This document shows positions 1 through 9,295 of a stretch of DNA of 64,000 nt, in pieces. The notes under the pieces were generated by a model. It was not told where the DNA came from and ran no database searches. It saw nothing but the letters and a program-made list of their open reading frames with translations. The stretch spans positions 288,001-352,000 of the forward strand of contig CAVSQW010000015.1 of the NCBI GenBank assembly GCA_963730185.1. The letters are read 5' to 3'. The number at the start of each line of letters is the position of its first letter. Position 1 is the stretch's first letter. A program made the position numbers and the translations under genes. The stretch is from an uncultured Gemmatimonadales bacterium (GTDB lineage Bacteria > Gemmatimonadota > Gemmatimonadetes > Gemmatimonadales > GWC2-71-9).

Positions 1-1144
1 GGGCGGAGGCGGTGGCCTCCTGCTCGGCGTTGAGCAGCTCGCCGAGCGAGTGGCCCTGGAGGTAGGCCAGTTCCTCCGGGAGGCCGCCCCGGTGGGGAAT
101 CCGCACGTCGGCGCCGGGGTCCTCGATCCGGACGAAGGTCACCACCTTGTCGAACGGGCCCTCCATGAAGAGCTGGACCTGGCTGTGCTGGTCGGTGGCG
201 CCGACCGCCGGGAGCGGGGTGGGGCCGGCGTTGATCGGCTGGTTTCGCCGGTCGACCCGCTTACCCAGGCTTTCGGCCCAGAGCTGGCCGAACCAGTGGG
301 CGAACTCCCGGAGCCGGTCGCTGTAGGGCATCAGGACGTGGATCCGGGCGCTGAGCCAGGCGTCGGCGGCCCAGAGGAGGGCCGAATACAGGGCGGCGGG
401 GTTCTTCTTCAGGTCGGCCGATTCGGCGCGCTGGAGGGCCCTCCTGGCCCCGGCGAGGAGCCCCTCGATGTCGATCCCCACCAGCGCGGCGGGGAGCAGC
501 CCCACCGGAGTGAGGACGCTGAACCGCCCCCCCACGCCCGGCGGCACCTCGAGGGCGGCGATGCCTTCCCGTTCGGCCAACTCGCGGAGCGGGCCCTTGG
601 CGGGATCGGTGGTAAAGGCCAGGTGGCGCACGGCGGCGTCGGGCCCGAGGGCCTGGTCGAGCCAGGCTCGAACCACCAGGTACTGGGCCAAGGTCTCGGC
701 CGTGCCGCCGGACTTGCTGATGACGTTGACGAGAACCCGGCGGGGATCGATCCGGGCGAGGGCGGCGGCCATCGAGGAGGGGTCGACGTTCTCGAGCACG
801 GTGATCCGGGGGTAGTACTCGCGACCCTCGTCGTCGAGCTCGTTCCAGGCCGGGGGCCTGAGCGCGTTGACCAGGGCCTTGGTGCCCAGGGCCGAGCCGC
901 CGATCCCGAGCACCAGGGCGTGGTCATAGGCCTGGCCCACGCCCTCGGCGAAGCGATTGATCGCCTGGACCGTCTCTTCCTGGTGGCCGAGGTCGTAGAA
1001 GCCGTACTCGCCCTCGCGCCGTCGGCTCTCCACCTCGGCGTGGACGGCGGGAAAGCGCTTGACCAGGTCGTCGAGGCGGGCGCGGGGCAGGCCGTGCTGG
1101 CCATCGAGCTGGTCGCTGAGCATCCGTCCGTAGAACAGCTTCAT
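1..1144 (-). CDS. pgi: Glucose-6-phosphate isomerase (3' part runs off the window)
   Basis: Manual translation from ATG 1144 gives MKLFYGRMLSDQLDG...LVLGIGGSALG...VISKSGGTAET...VGGRFSVL, the PGI SIS-domain motifs. ATGA overlap with the upstream stop. Confidence 0.93.
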   Translation of the reverse strand, partial: MKLFYGRMLSDQLDGQHGLPRARLDDLVKRFPAVHAEVESRRREGEYGFYDLGHQEETVQAINRFAEGVGQAYDHALVLGIGGSALGTKALVNALRPPAWNELDDEGREYYPRITVLENVDPSSMAAALARIDPRRVLVNVISKSGGTAETLAQYLVVRAWLDQALGPDAAVRHLAFTTDPAKGPLRELAEREGIAALEVPPGVGGRFSVLTPVGLLPAALVGIDIEGLLAGARRALQRAESADLKKNPAALYSALLWAADAWLSARIHVLMPYSDRLREFAHWFGQLWAESLGKRVDRRNQPINAGPTPLPAVGATDQHSQVQLFMEGPFDKVVTFVRIEDPGADVRIPHRGGLPEELAYLQGHSLGELLNAEQEATASA

Positions 1145-1920
1145 GGCGCGATCTCCACGCTGAGTCCGTCGTAGCCGGGCTCGATCCCTTTCGGGAGCTT
1201 GGCCGCCAGGTCGGCGTGCCCGGTCTCGTGCGTCAGATGGGTGAGCAGGGTGCGTCCGGCGCCGAGATCGGTTGCGGTCTCGATGGCGTCGGGGATGCTC
1301 AGGTGGGTCGGATGAGGCCGCCACCAGAGCGCGTTCAGAACCAGCACGTCGAGGCCGCGAAGCTGCTCGCGCGCCTCCGGTGGCACCGCCTTGACGTCGG
1401 TCAGGTACGCCATTCGCCCGATTCGGTAGCCCAGGACCGTCGATTGCCCGTGCTCGAAGGCGAGCGGCAGGATCTCGAGGCCGGCGGCCTGGAACGGTGT
1501 TCCCGGCTCGACGCTGGTGAGCGCCAGCCGGGGGGTCGAGGTGCCCGGCACGGGCACCATGCTCTCGTCGAAGATGTAGCGATAGGACGCCTGGAGGAAG
1601 CGGGCGGTCTCGCGATGGGCGAACACCGGGATCCGGCGCCGCTGGGTGAGCGAGAAGATTCGGAGGTCGTCGATCGCGGAGACGTGATCGGCGTGCTCGT
1701 GGGTGTAGAGCACCGCGTCGACCCGTCCCACGCCGGCGGCGATCAGCTGCATTCGCAGCTCGGGCGGGGTGTCGATCAGGAGGGTGCCGCCCTGATGCTG
1801 GATCAGCGCCCCGGTCCGGCTCCGGCGATCCCGGGGATCGGCGGAGGTGCAGACCGGGCAGGAACAGCCGATCTGGGGAACGCCGAACGAGGTGCCGGTA
1901 CCGAGGAGGGTGAGACGCAA
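1141..1920 (-). CDS. MBL-fold metallo-hydrolase (PhnP/YycJ-like)
   Basis: LGTGTSFGVP..C.C.VC and THEHADH motifs. Start reassigned to TTG 1920 because the longer ORF-track N-terminus is translated repeat. Confidence 0.9.
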   Translation of the reverse strand: MRLTLLGTGTSFGVPQIGCSCPVCTSADPRDRRSRTGALIQHQGGTLLIDTPPELRMQLIAAGVGRVDAVLYTHEHADHVSAIDDLRIFSLTQRRRIPVFAHRETARFLQASYRYIFDESMVPVPGTSTPRLALTSVEPGTPFQAAGLEILPLAFEHGQSTVLGYRIGRMAYLTDVKAVPPEAREQLRGLDVLVLNALWWRPHPTHLSIPDAIETATDLGAGRTLLTHLTHETGHADLAAKLPKGIEPGYDGLSVEIAP

Positions 1921-1921
1921 C

Positions 1922-2050
1922 TTAGGGATTAGTGATTCGTGACTCGTGAATAGGGAGTGAGTGGTGAGTCGGGACTGAGGGGGGCGGGGCAGGGCCACTC
2001 CCGATCCGCTCCTCCCTCCCCAATCACCACTCCCGAGTCACTATTCACAA
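1922..2050. repeat. Imperfect inverted short-tandem-repeat cassette (heptamers TAGGGAT/TCGTGAC/TAGGGAG, then C-rich complementary arm)
   Basis: G-rich arm followed by C-rich arm, filling the pyk-MBL intergenic space. Confidence 0.75.
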
Positions 2051-2052
2051 CG

Positions 2053-3490
2053 TCACACCGTTTCGATCTTCAAGAGGTTGGTCGTCCCCGGCTTGTCGAA
2101 GGGGACGCCGGCGGTGACCACGAAGCGATCGCCGGGCCAGGCGAGACCCTTCTTGACCAGGAGGTCGCGGGCCAGGGGGAGCATCGAGTCGTAGTCCGGC
2201 ATATGATCGCTCATGGCCGGGTTCACGCCCCAGAGCAGGGCCAGTCGGCGGAAGGTCTCGGGCTCGGGCGTCACCGCCAGGATCGGGACCGACGGGCGGT
2301 AGCGACGCGATGGTCCGCGCGGTGAAGCCGCTGGCCGTCAGACACACGATGGCCGGGACGTTGAGCAGGTCGGCCGCGGCGCACACCGCCACCGCGATCG
2401 CGTCTTCGGTCCGGGTGGTGACGTGCGGCTGGCTCAGCTGGAGGGCCGACGCCTGCCAGACCCGGGCATGGTCGTTGTCGCCCCGGCGGGCACTCTCCAC
2501 CTCGCGGGCGATCTGATCCATCGCGAGGACGGCTTCCATCGGGTAGGAGCCCACGGCGGTCTCGCCCGAGAGCATCACCGCGTCGGTGCCGTCCAGGATG
2601 GCGTTGGCCACGTCGGAGGCCTCGGCCCGGGTGGGCCGGGGGTTGTTGGTCATCGACTCCAGCATCTGGGTCGCGGTGATGACCGGCTTGCCGTGGCGGT
2701 TGGCCTCACGGATCAGCTTCTTCTGGACCAGGGGGACCTGCTCGAACGGAAGCTCGACCCCAAGATCCCCGCGGGCCACCATGATGGCGTCGGAGGTCTC
2801 GATGATCCCATCGAGATGATCGAGGGCCGTGTCCTTCTCGATCTTGGCGATCAGGCGCACGCTCTTGGGCACCAGCCGGCGGAGGCCCTCGATGTCCTGT
2901 GGTCGGCGGACGAAGCTGACCCCGATGTAGTCGACCCCGAGCGCGACGGCGCGGAGCGCCTCCTCGCGGTCTTTGGGGGTGAGCGCCGGGGCGCTCACCT
3001 CCACGCCGGGCAGGTTGATGCCCTTGTGCGACTTGAGGAGCCCGCCGTAGCGGACCACGCCCTGGACCTTGTCGCCCACCACGCCGGTGACGTCGACGGT
3101 CAGGAGTCCGTCGTTGAGGAGAATTCGCGAACCCGGTCGGACGTCGGCCGCGAGCTCGGCGTAGGTGGTCGGAATGTCGCCCTCGTCGGCGGCGCCTTCG
3201 GGCGCGAAGACCACCTGCTGGCCGAACTCGAGGGTGACCGGCTCCGGCAAGTCACCGACCCGGATCCGGGGTCCGTGCAGGTCCACCAGGATCGCGGAGG
3301 CCTTGTCGCGCCGTGACTGAACCTCCCGCAGCAGCTTGATCCAGTTGGCTCGGCCCTCCGGCGTTCCATGGGACGCGTTGATTCGGACCACGTCCACCCC
3401 GGCATCGAGCATCGCCTGTATCTGCTCCGGCTTCTCCCAGGCCGGACCCAACGTCGCCACGATCTTCGTTCGACGTATTTCTCTTGGCAA
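2053..3490 (-). pseudogene. pyk: Pyruvate kinase with a frameshift near 2302 (pseudogene or sequence error)
   Basis: RRTKIVATLGPA, IAKIE, IMVARGDLG and TATQMLESM motifs. The C-terminal YRPSVPIL...LALLWGV...GTTNLLKI lies in another frame. Confidence 0.85.
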
Positions 3491-3619
3491 CTGACCCCCA
3501 AAATCGCAGTCGTGAGGAAGCCCTCAATGCTAATCGGATCGGACCCAAAACGCGCTCCCTCCGCCGTCGGAGAAGGCCGGTCAGACGGGGCAACGGTGTT
3601 GAAAACGGCCCTTCGCTGC

Positions 3620-3910
3620 GATCTTACATGTTAATTCATTGTTTCTAAATGAGTTATGGCGATTTTGACCACATCGTATCCACAACGGCGGGACGGGCCG
3701 GACAGGCTCAGGATAGGGGTAGAAATCAGGTGAGCACACTTGTGGATTGGCTTGTTTGTCCACAGGTGGAAACGGCGGCTCGCTGGGGTCAATGGGGCCA
3801 AGGCATTGTTCGACAAGGACATGCCTTCCGGGGTTCGAATCCACAAGACGCCGTCTTGACGCGATTCCTGTCCACAGCCCATGCACATAACGGCGTTATG
3901 TGGATAACGA
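3620..3910. promoter_or_regulatory. Putative oriC or DnaA-box cluster
   Basis: Perfect DnaA box TGTGGATAA 3899-3907. Near boxes at 3665-3673, 3676-3684, 3741-3749, 3756-3764, 3837-3845 and 3868-3876. AT-rich tract 3621-3668. Confidence 0.75.
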
Positions 3911-3966
3911 GTGGCGGGGCGGTTTCTGGGGGGCGGAGGAAATGATTCCTGATCGTGGCCGGCTTT

Positions 3967-3995
3967 TTGACTCGGGATATCGCCATTCGTAAATT
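3967..3995 (+). promoter_or_regulatory. Sigma70-type promoter of the aldolase gene
   Basis: TTGACT-N17-TAAATT. Confidence 0.6.
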
Positions 3996-4044
3996 GGCCC
4001 CCGGTCTGGGGTCACGGAACTTCAAGCACCCGCGAGGCAACGTA

Positions 4045-5469
4045 ATGACGGTCGAGCTCCGGCAGATGATGATCGCGCGATTCAACGGTGCCGTGGCCCC
4101 GGCCGGCAAGGGGGTCGAAGTGCTGGACGCGGCTGCGCTCCAGGGCGCCTCGATGGATGAGCTGGTGTGGGACGCCGTCTTCGGCGGCGGCGACGAACGG
4201 GAGGCTGCCCGGTGGCTGCTCTGGGAGCTTGGCCAGGCCACGGGTGCCGCTCCGGCGTCGATCCACGAGCTCTACATGGCCCGAGGGCGAGGGGACTGCG
4301 GCGGCTTTACCGTGCCGGCGATGAACATCCGGATGATCGCCTACGACTCGGCCCGGGCCGTGTTCCGGGCGGCCCGGGCTACCGACGCTGGCGCGCTCCT
4401 GCTGGAGATCGCGCGGTCGGAAATCGCCTACACCGACCAGCGCCCGGCCGAATACGTATCGGTGCTGATCGGGGCGGCCCTTCGGGAGGGCTACCACCTT
4501 CCCCTGTTCATCCAGGGTGATCACTGCCAGGTCAGCCACAAGAAGTACCAGAGCGACCCGGAGGGCGAGGTGGGCGAGGTCAAGAAGCTGATCGCCGAGG
4601 AGATCGCGGCCGGCTTCTTCAACATCGACGTCGACACCTCCACCCTGGTAGACCTGTCGGAGCCCGACCTCGATCGCCAGCAGCGGCTCAACTACGACCG
4701 CGCCGCCGAGATCACCGCCTTCATCCGGCACCACGAGCCCGCCCAGGTCACGGTCTCGGTGGGAGCCGAGATTGGCGAGGTGGGGGCGAAGAACAGCACG
4801 GTCGAGGAGCTTCACGCCTTCATGCAGGGCTACGTCCGGGCGCTCGGCGCCCTGGGTCGCTCCTCGTTGACCGGGATCAGCAAGATCTCGGTTCAGACGG
4901 GCACCTCGCACGGCGGGGTGGTCTTGCCTGATGGGTCGATCGCGGACGTGAAGCTGGACCTGGCGGCCCTGGAAGCGCTGTCCCGGGTCGCCCGCCAGTC
5001 GTACGGGATGGCCGGGGCGGTCCAGCACGGCGCCAGCACGCTCCCCCAGGACGCCTTCGGGAACTTCCCCCGGATCGAGACGGCCGAGATCCACCTGGCG
5101 ACGAACTTTCAGAACATCGTGATGGACCACCCGAAGCTGCCGGCCGAGCTCCGGGCCCGGGTCTACGCCTGGCTCGAGGCGAATGCCACCGGCGACCGGA
5201 AGGATGGCGACACGCCGGAGCAGTTCTACTACCGGGCTCGGAAACGGGCGATCGGGCCGTTCAAGCGGGAGTTCTGGTCGCTCGCGCCGGAGATCCGGGC
5301 CGCGATCGCCGGGGATCTGGAGAGGACCTTCGTCTTCCTGTTCGAACAGCTTAAGGTAAAAGGGACGGCCGGGTTGGCCCGGCGGCACACGACGGTGGTG
5401 CCGCTCCACCACGAGGACGTGTCCCACCCGGCGGTGCGGGCCGCGGACGACGCGGACGCGGGCGAATGA
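4045..5469 (+). CDS. Class II fructose-bisphosphate aldolase family protein (long form)
   Basis: QGDH, EIGEVG, GTSHGG and VQHGAS motifs. ATG 4045 follows a GAGG. Confidence 0.85.
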   Translation: MTVELRQMMIARFNGAVAPAGKGVEVLDAAALQGASMDELVWDAVFGGGDEREAARWLLWELGQATGAAPASIHELYMARGRGDCGGFTVPAMNIRMIAYDSARAVFRAARATDAGALLLEIARSEIAYTDQRPAEYVSVLIGAALREGYHLPLFIQGDHCQVSHKKYQSDPEGEVGEVKKLIAEEIAAGFFNIDVDTSTLVDLSEPDLDRQQRLNYDRAAEITAFIRHHEPAQVTVSVGAEIGEVGAKNSTVEELHAFMQGYVRALGALGRSSLTGISKISVQTGTSHGGVVLPDGSIADVKLDLAALEALSRVARQSYGMAGAVQHGASTLPQDAFGNFPRIETAEIHLATNFQNIVMDHPKLPAELRARVYAWLEANATGDRKDGDTPEQFYYRARKRAIGPFKREFWSLAPEIRAAIAGDLERTFVFLFEQLKVKGTAGLARRHTTVVPLHHEDVSHPAVRAADDADAGE

Positions 5470-5494
5470 CGGAGGTCGAACGAGAGGGGGGCGT

Positions 5495-5935
5495 GTGGCA
5501 CGGAACGACGATCGAGAAGTGGTGTTCGTGGAGCGCGAGGATGGTGGGTCGTCGCTCCGGTGGCTCCTGGTCGGCGCGGTGTTGGGGGCCGGGCTGGCGA
5601 TGCTCTTCGCGCCGCGGAGCGGGAAGGAGCTGCGCCGTGACCTGAAGGGCGGTGTCCGGCGGCTTCGTCAGGTGGCGAACGATGCCATCGACGAGATCAA
5701 GGACGAGTTCGGGGACGAGGAGCGGTCGGCCCGAGCGATGGCCGACAGCGGCGCCGCCTACGACGACGAAGATGAGGACGGGGACGAGGACGGGGAGGAG
5801 GCCGGCGAGGCTGAGCCCGAGCGCGAGGAGCGTCCGCACCTCCGGGCGGCGCGGGAGGAGCTCGAGCGCCGTCTGGCGGCGGCCCGGGCCCGGCGTCGTC
5901 GCTCGGTGCCCGACGACGAGGAACCGGTCGCCTGA
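5495..5935 (+). CDS. YtxH-domain membrane protein
   Basis: LVGAVLGAGLAMLFAPRSGKELR signature and acidic tail. Confidence 0.85.
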   Translation: MARNDDREVVFVEREDGGSSLRWLLVGAVLGAGLAMLFAPRSGKELRRDLKGGVRRLRQVANDAIDEIKDEFGDEERSARAMADSGAAYDDEDEDGDEDGEEAGEAEPEREERPHLRAAREELERRLAAARARRRRSVPDDEEPVA

Positions 5936-5991
5936 GCGACCTCCGATCGCCGGGTTGGGGGGGGTCGCTAGGCGGCTTCGTCCGGCGGACC

Positions 5992-6858
5992 TTGCAGGCC
6001 GCGGACGAGAACCGGATTTCCTTTCTGGCGAGCGCGCTCAGCTTCGACGCCCTCCTGGCGGCGGTGCCGCTCTTCCTGCTGATTCTGGCCGGGGTGTCTT
6101 GGCTGCTCGAGCACACCGGCGGGGGTGCGCTCCAACCCACGGTGCTCGTCGAGCGCTTCTTCCCGCCCCATAGGACCGCGCCGGGTCAGGATCCGTTCGA
6201 GGCGATCGAGACCTTTCTCGTCCAGCTGACCGACGCCGCCCGTCGCCTCTCCCTGGTGGCCATCCCGGCGTTCCTCTGGTTCAGCACCCGGATGTTCGCC
6301 GGGATCCGGATCGCGCTCAACGAGATCTACGACGTCCACGTGCGGCCCGTCCGGCGGCACTTCATCGCGGCCTACCTGCTGGGCAAGCTCCGGGATCTCG
6401 GGATGGTCCTGACCACCCTGCTCCTGTTCCTGGTGAACGCCGGGCTCAGCACCGGGCTCGCCGTGCTCGAGGCGCGAGGGGCCTCGGTGCCGGGGCTGTC
6501 GTTTTTCGTGACCAGGTTCGGGCAGATCGCCGGCCAGGCGGCCGCGTTCCTTTTCCTGGTGATCCTCTTCTACGCCGTGTACCGGTTCGCCTCGATGCGA
6601 CGCCCTCCCTGGCGCGCCCTGTTGGTCGCCTCGATCTTTTCGGGGGTCCTCTTCGAAGTGGCCAAGCGACTGTTCGGCCTTTATATCCGGAACGTGGTGA
6701 GCTTCCAGGGGTTCGCGGTCGACGTGAACGTCGGCGCCGTGATCCTGTTCGTGGTGTGGGTCTACTACTCGGCCCTGGTCTTCCTGCTCGGCGGGGTGGT
6801 GGCGGAGACCTGGGAGCTCAGGGAGCTCCAGCGGGAGCAGCGCACTGTTATCCAATGA
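5992..6858 (+). CDS. YihY/BrkB family membrane protein (start may be slightly upstream)
   Basis: Multi-TM protein with ASALSF..LL..VP, ALNEIY and WVYYSALVFLLG motifs. Confidence 0.88.
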   Translation: MQAADENRISFLASALSFDALLAAVPLFLLILAGVSWLLEHTGGGALQPTVLVERFFPPHRTAPGQDPFEAIETFLVQLTDAARRLSLVAIPAFLWFSTRMFAGIRIALNEIYDVHVRPVRRHFIAAYLLGKLRDLGMVLTTLLLFLVNAGLSTGLAVLEARGASVPGLSFFVTRFGQIAGQAAAFLFLVILFYAVYRFASMRRPPWRALLVASIFSGVLFEVAKRLFGLYIRNVVSFQGFAVDVNVGAVILFVVWVYYSALVFLLGGVVAETWELRELQREQRTVIQ

Positions 6859-7020
6859 TAGGGAGTTGGGAGTCGTGACTAGGGAATAGGGAGGGAGTAG
6901 GGAGTAGGGAGTAGGGGAGTGAGTTGGGGTGAGTAGAGGCCGGTGGCCCCCTACTCCCTACTCCCCTATCCCTCCCTACTCCCAAGTCCCTAGTCCCTAG
7001 TCCCTAGTCCCTCGTCTCGG
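6859..7020. repeat. Inverted heptamer tandem-repeat cassette (TAGGGAG)n ... (TACTCCC/TAGTCCC)n
   Basis: Directly visible. Starts right after the yihY stop. Confidence 0.85.
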
Positions 7021-7039
7021 CTCCCATTAAGTTCATCTC

Positions 7040-7136
7040 GCCCCAGGTCCGAAGGGTTCCGGCGCGCGAACCGCGTCAGGACCTTGCCGGTAGCAGCGCT
7101 AAGCGATGATCGGGATCGCTTCGGGTCGCCTGGGGC
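7040..7136 (+). ncRNA. ffs: Small bacterial SRP RNA (4.5S)
   Basis: Terminal stem GCCCCAGG/CCTGGGGC, conserved GAACCGCGTCAGG...AGCAGC domain IV, U-rich tail, TAAGTT -10 upstream, position upstream of dnaX. Confidence 0.9.
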
Positions 7137-7159
7137 ACTTTTCTTTTTCGGACCCCACC

Positions 7160-7426
7160 TCACAGTTGCCAGAGCGGCGTCTCCGGGGGGCCTTCCATCA
7201 TCGCGATGGTGGGGCCGAGGGGGCCGATGTCGCCCTGCGAGACGGTGGTGCAGGCGGTGAAGCCGGGGTTTGATTGCTGGACGGCCGCGCAGCTGCCGTC
7301 GGTGACGATCTCTTCCGTGCCGCCACCCTCGGTGGCGCAGCTGCACCGGGTACCCTTGAACGAGTTGCAGGCCGAGGTCGCCAGTGCCACCACCACGAGG
7401 GCGGGGCCGAGAACGGAGCGGGGCAT
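7160..7426 (-). CDS. Small Cys-rich putative lipoprotein
   Basis: MPRSVLGPALVVVALATSAC signal peptide/lipobox, then four more Cys. Confidence 0.6.
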   Translation of the reverse strand: MPRSVLGPALVVVALATSACNSFKGTRCSCATEGGGTEEIVTDGSCAAVQQSNPGFTACTTVSQGDIGPLGPTIAMMEGPPETPLWQL

Positions 7427-7617
7427 CGCGGGAAACTCCAGACGTCCGGGTCGGGGTGCCGCCGGCGAGGCGGGCCATGGCCGAGCGGCCAACACCAGTC
7501 TGGGGATTGTAGAGCCCGGGCCTCGAGTGTCAAGCAACTCCGGTCGTCACCCGCGGACCAGTCGCTCGTGCTAGATTCCCCCTCCCCCGCACTCGAGCCC
7601 CGAGCCGACCGCCGACC

Positions 7618-9288
7618 ATGATCGCACTCGCCCGCAAGTACCGTCCTCGCCGCTTCGCCGACTTGGTGGTCCAGGACCATGTCGCCGCCGCGCTCCGGGG
7701 GGCGGTCGCGCGGGATCGGGTGGGGCACGGCTACCTGCTGACCGGTCCTCGCGGTGTCGGCAAGACGACGGCTGCCCGGATTCTGGCCATGGCGCTCAAT
7801 TGCGAACGTCGCGACCAGGCGGCGGTCCCGGGTGAGCCCTGCGGCGAGTGCCCCACCTGCGAGCGGATCTGGAGCGGGTCCGCGAACTTCGACGTGGTCG
7901 AGATCGACGCGGCCAGCAACCGGAGCGTGGACGACGCCCGGGACCTCCGCGAGCGGGCCATGTACGCCGCCTCCGACTCCGACCGGTACAAGGTCTACAT
8001 CGTCGACGAAGCGCACATGCTGACCCGGGAGGCGTGGAACGCGCTGCTCAAGATCCTGGAGGAGCCGCCGCCCCGCGTGGTGTTCGTGTTCGCCACCACC
8101 GAGCCGCAGAAGATTGCCAATACCGCGGCGCCGGTCCTGTCCCGACTCCAACGGTTCGACTTCCGCCGGATCGGGGCCGAGGCCATCCGGGCCCGGCTTC
8201 GCGAGGTCCTGACCGCGGAAGCGGTCGAAGCCGACGACGATGCGCTCGCGCTGATCGCCCGGTACGCTGACGGCGGGATGCGCGACGCGCTGTCGGTGCT
8301 GGATCAGTGCTTGAGCCTGGCCGAGGGGCCGCTCGACGCCGCCGGCGTCCGGTCGGCCCTGGGCCTGATCGGCGACGAATCGTACGCCGCGGTGCTCCGC
8401 GCCGTGGGGGCGCGCGATCCGGGGAAGATCTTCCCGGTGGTGGACCAGCTGGTGGGCGCCGGCGCCGACCTCGTGGAGTTCATGAACGGGCTGGCGGAGC
8501 TGGTGCGGGCCGTGCTGATGATCAAGACCGGAGCCGAGCCCGAGGGACTGACGACCGCGGCGAGGGAGGCGATCCAGGAGGTGCAGGACGCCCTGGAGCC
8601 GGGTGACGTGCTCCGGATGCTCGGCCTCCTGACCCAGGCCGAGACGGCCATCCGCCGGAGCGCGAATCCCCGACTGACGGTCGAGACCTTGCTCCTCCGC
8701 TGGACGCTGATGGATCGGACGGTGGATCTGGAGGCCGTGCTGCGCGGGGCGGATCAGAGCGGTGGGGCCGCAGCGGAGGCGGCCCCGCGGCGCCCTTTCG
8801 CCGGCCCTAGGGTCGAGGGCGGTCCCGGCGCCGACCCGGCGGGCCGGGCGCGCCTGGAGGCGGCGGCGCCCCCAGTGCCCGCCAGGCCGCTGGAGGGCGA
8901 GGTGAACGCGGACCGGCTCCGCGACGCGTGGCCGGAGGTGATTGCCCGCGGGCGGGGGGTCAGTCCGCTTCTGGGCCCCGTCTTGGAGGCTCTGGAAGTC
9001 CAGGGGTTCGACGGCCGGGAAGCGACCCTGTCGGTCACGGCGGGGCACGATCACCTGGCGGAGGGGGCCCGGCGGCAGGAAGGGGCGATCGCGTCGGTGC
9101 TGGGGAGCCTGGTGGGACGCCCGATTCGGGTCAGGCTCGCCGGCCAGGAGTCGGGGCCGTCCCGGAGCGGTCGGCCCAAGCGTATTTCGGACAAGGAATT
9201 GCGAGATGAGCGCCTGAAGGAGCTCCGCGGCCTTGATCCTGCGTTGGATGCAGCTGCCGACGCGTTAGATTTGGAGATCGTGGAGTAG
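7618..9288 (+). CDS. dnaX: DNA polymerase III subunit gamma/tau
   Basis: ALARKYRP, GPRGVGKT, EIDAASN, DEAHML and LLKILEEPP motifs. Confidence 0.97.
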   Translation: MIALARKYRPRRFADLVVQDHVAAALRGAVARDRVGHGYLLTGPRGVGKTTAARILAMALNCERRDQAAVPGEPCGECPTCERIWSGSANFDVVEIDAASNRSVDDARDLRERAMYAASDSDRYKVYIVDEAHMLTREAWNALLKILEEPPPRVVFVFATTEPQKIANTAAPVLSRLQRFDFRRIGAEAIRARLREVLTAEAVEADDDALALIARYADGGMRDALSVLDQCLSLAEGPLDAAGVRSALGLIGDESYAAVLRAVGARDPGKIFPVVDQLVGAGADLVEFMNGLAELVRAVLMIKTGAEPEGLTTAAREAIQEVQDALEPGDVLRMLGLLTQAETAIRRSANPRLTVETLLLRWTLMDRTVDLEAVLRGADQSGGAAAEAAPRRPFAGPRVEGGPGADPAGRARLEAAAPPVPARPLEGEVNADRLRDAWPEVIARGRGVSPLLGPVLEALEVQGFDGREATLSVTAGHDHLAEGARRQEGAIASVLGSLVGRPIRVRLAGQESGPSRSGRPKRISDKELRDERLKELRGLDPALDAAADALDLEIVE

Positions 9289-9295
9289 AGGTCAT

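Noticed and set aside
50..1174. Long + strand ORF (374 aa) and many similar antisense ORFs, e.g. 22707-25658 and 26152-28857
   Set aside because: Shadow frames of real genes on the opposite strand, expected at this GC content.
3695..3735. DnaA-trio array after the tandem boxes
   Set aside because: Purine-rich, but the trinucleotide periodicity is too weak to call by eye.
3581..3945. Short ORFs across the pyk-fba spacer
   Set aside because: Atypical composition. The region is better explained by DnaA boxes and promoters.
6859..7020. Repeats as a CRISPR array
   Set aside because: Units are 7-10 nt with no unique spacers, and there are no cas genes.
7618..9288. Programmed -1 frameshift in dnaX
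   Set aside because: No A-AAA-AAG or poly-A/T slippery run is seen.
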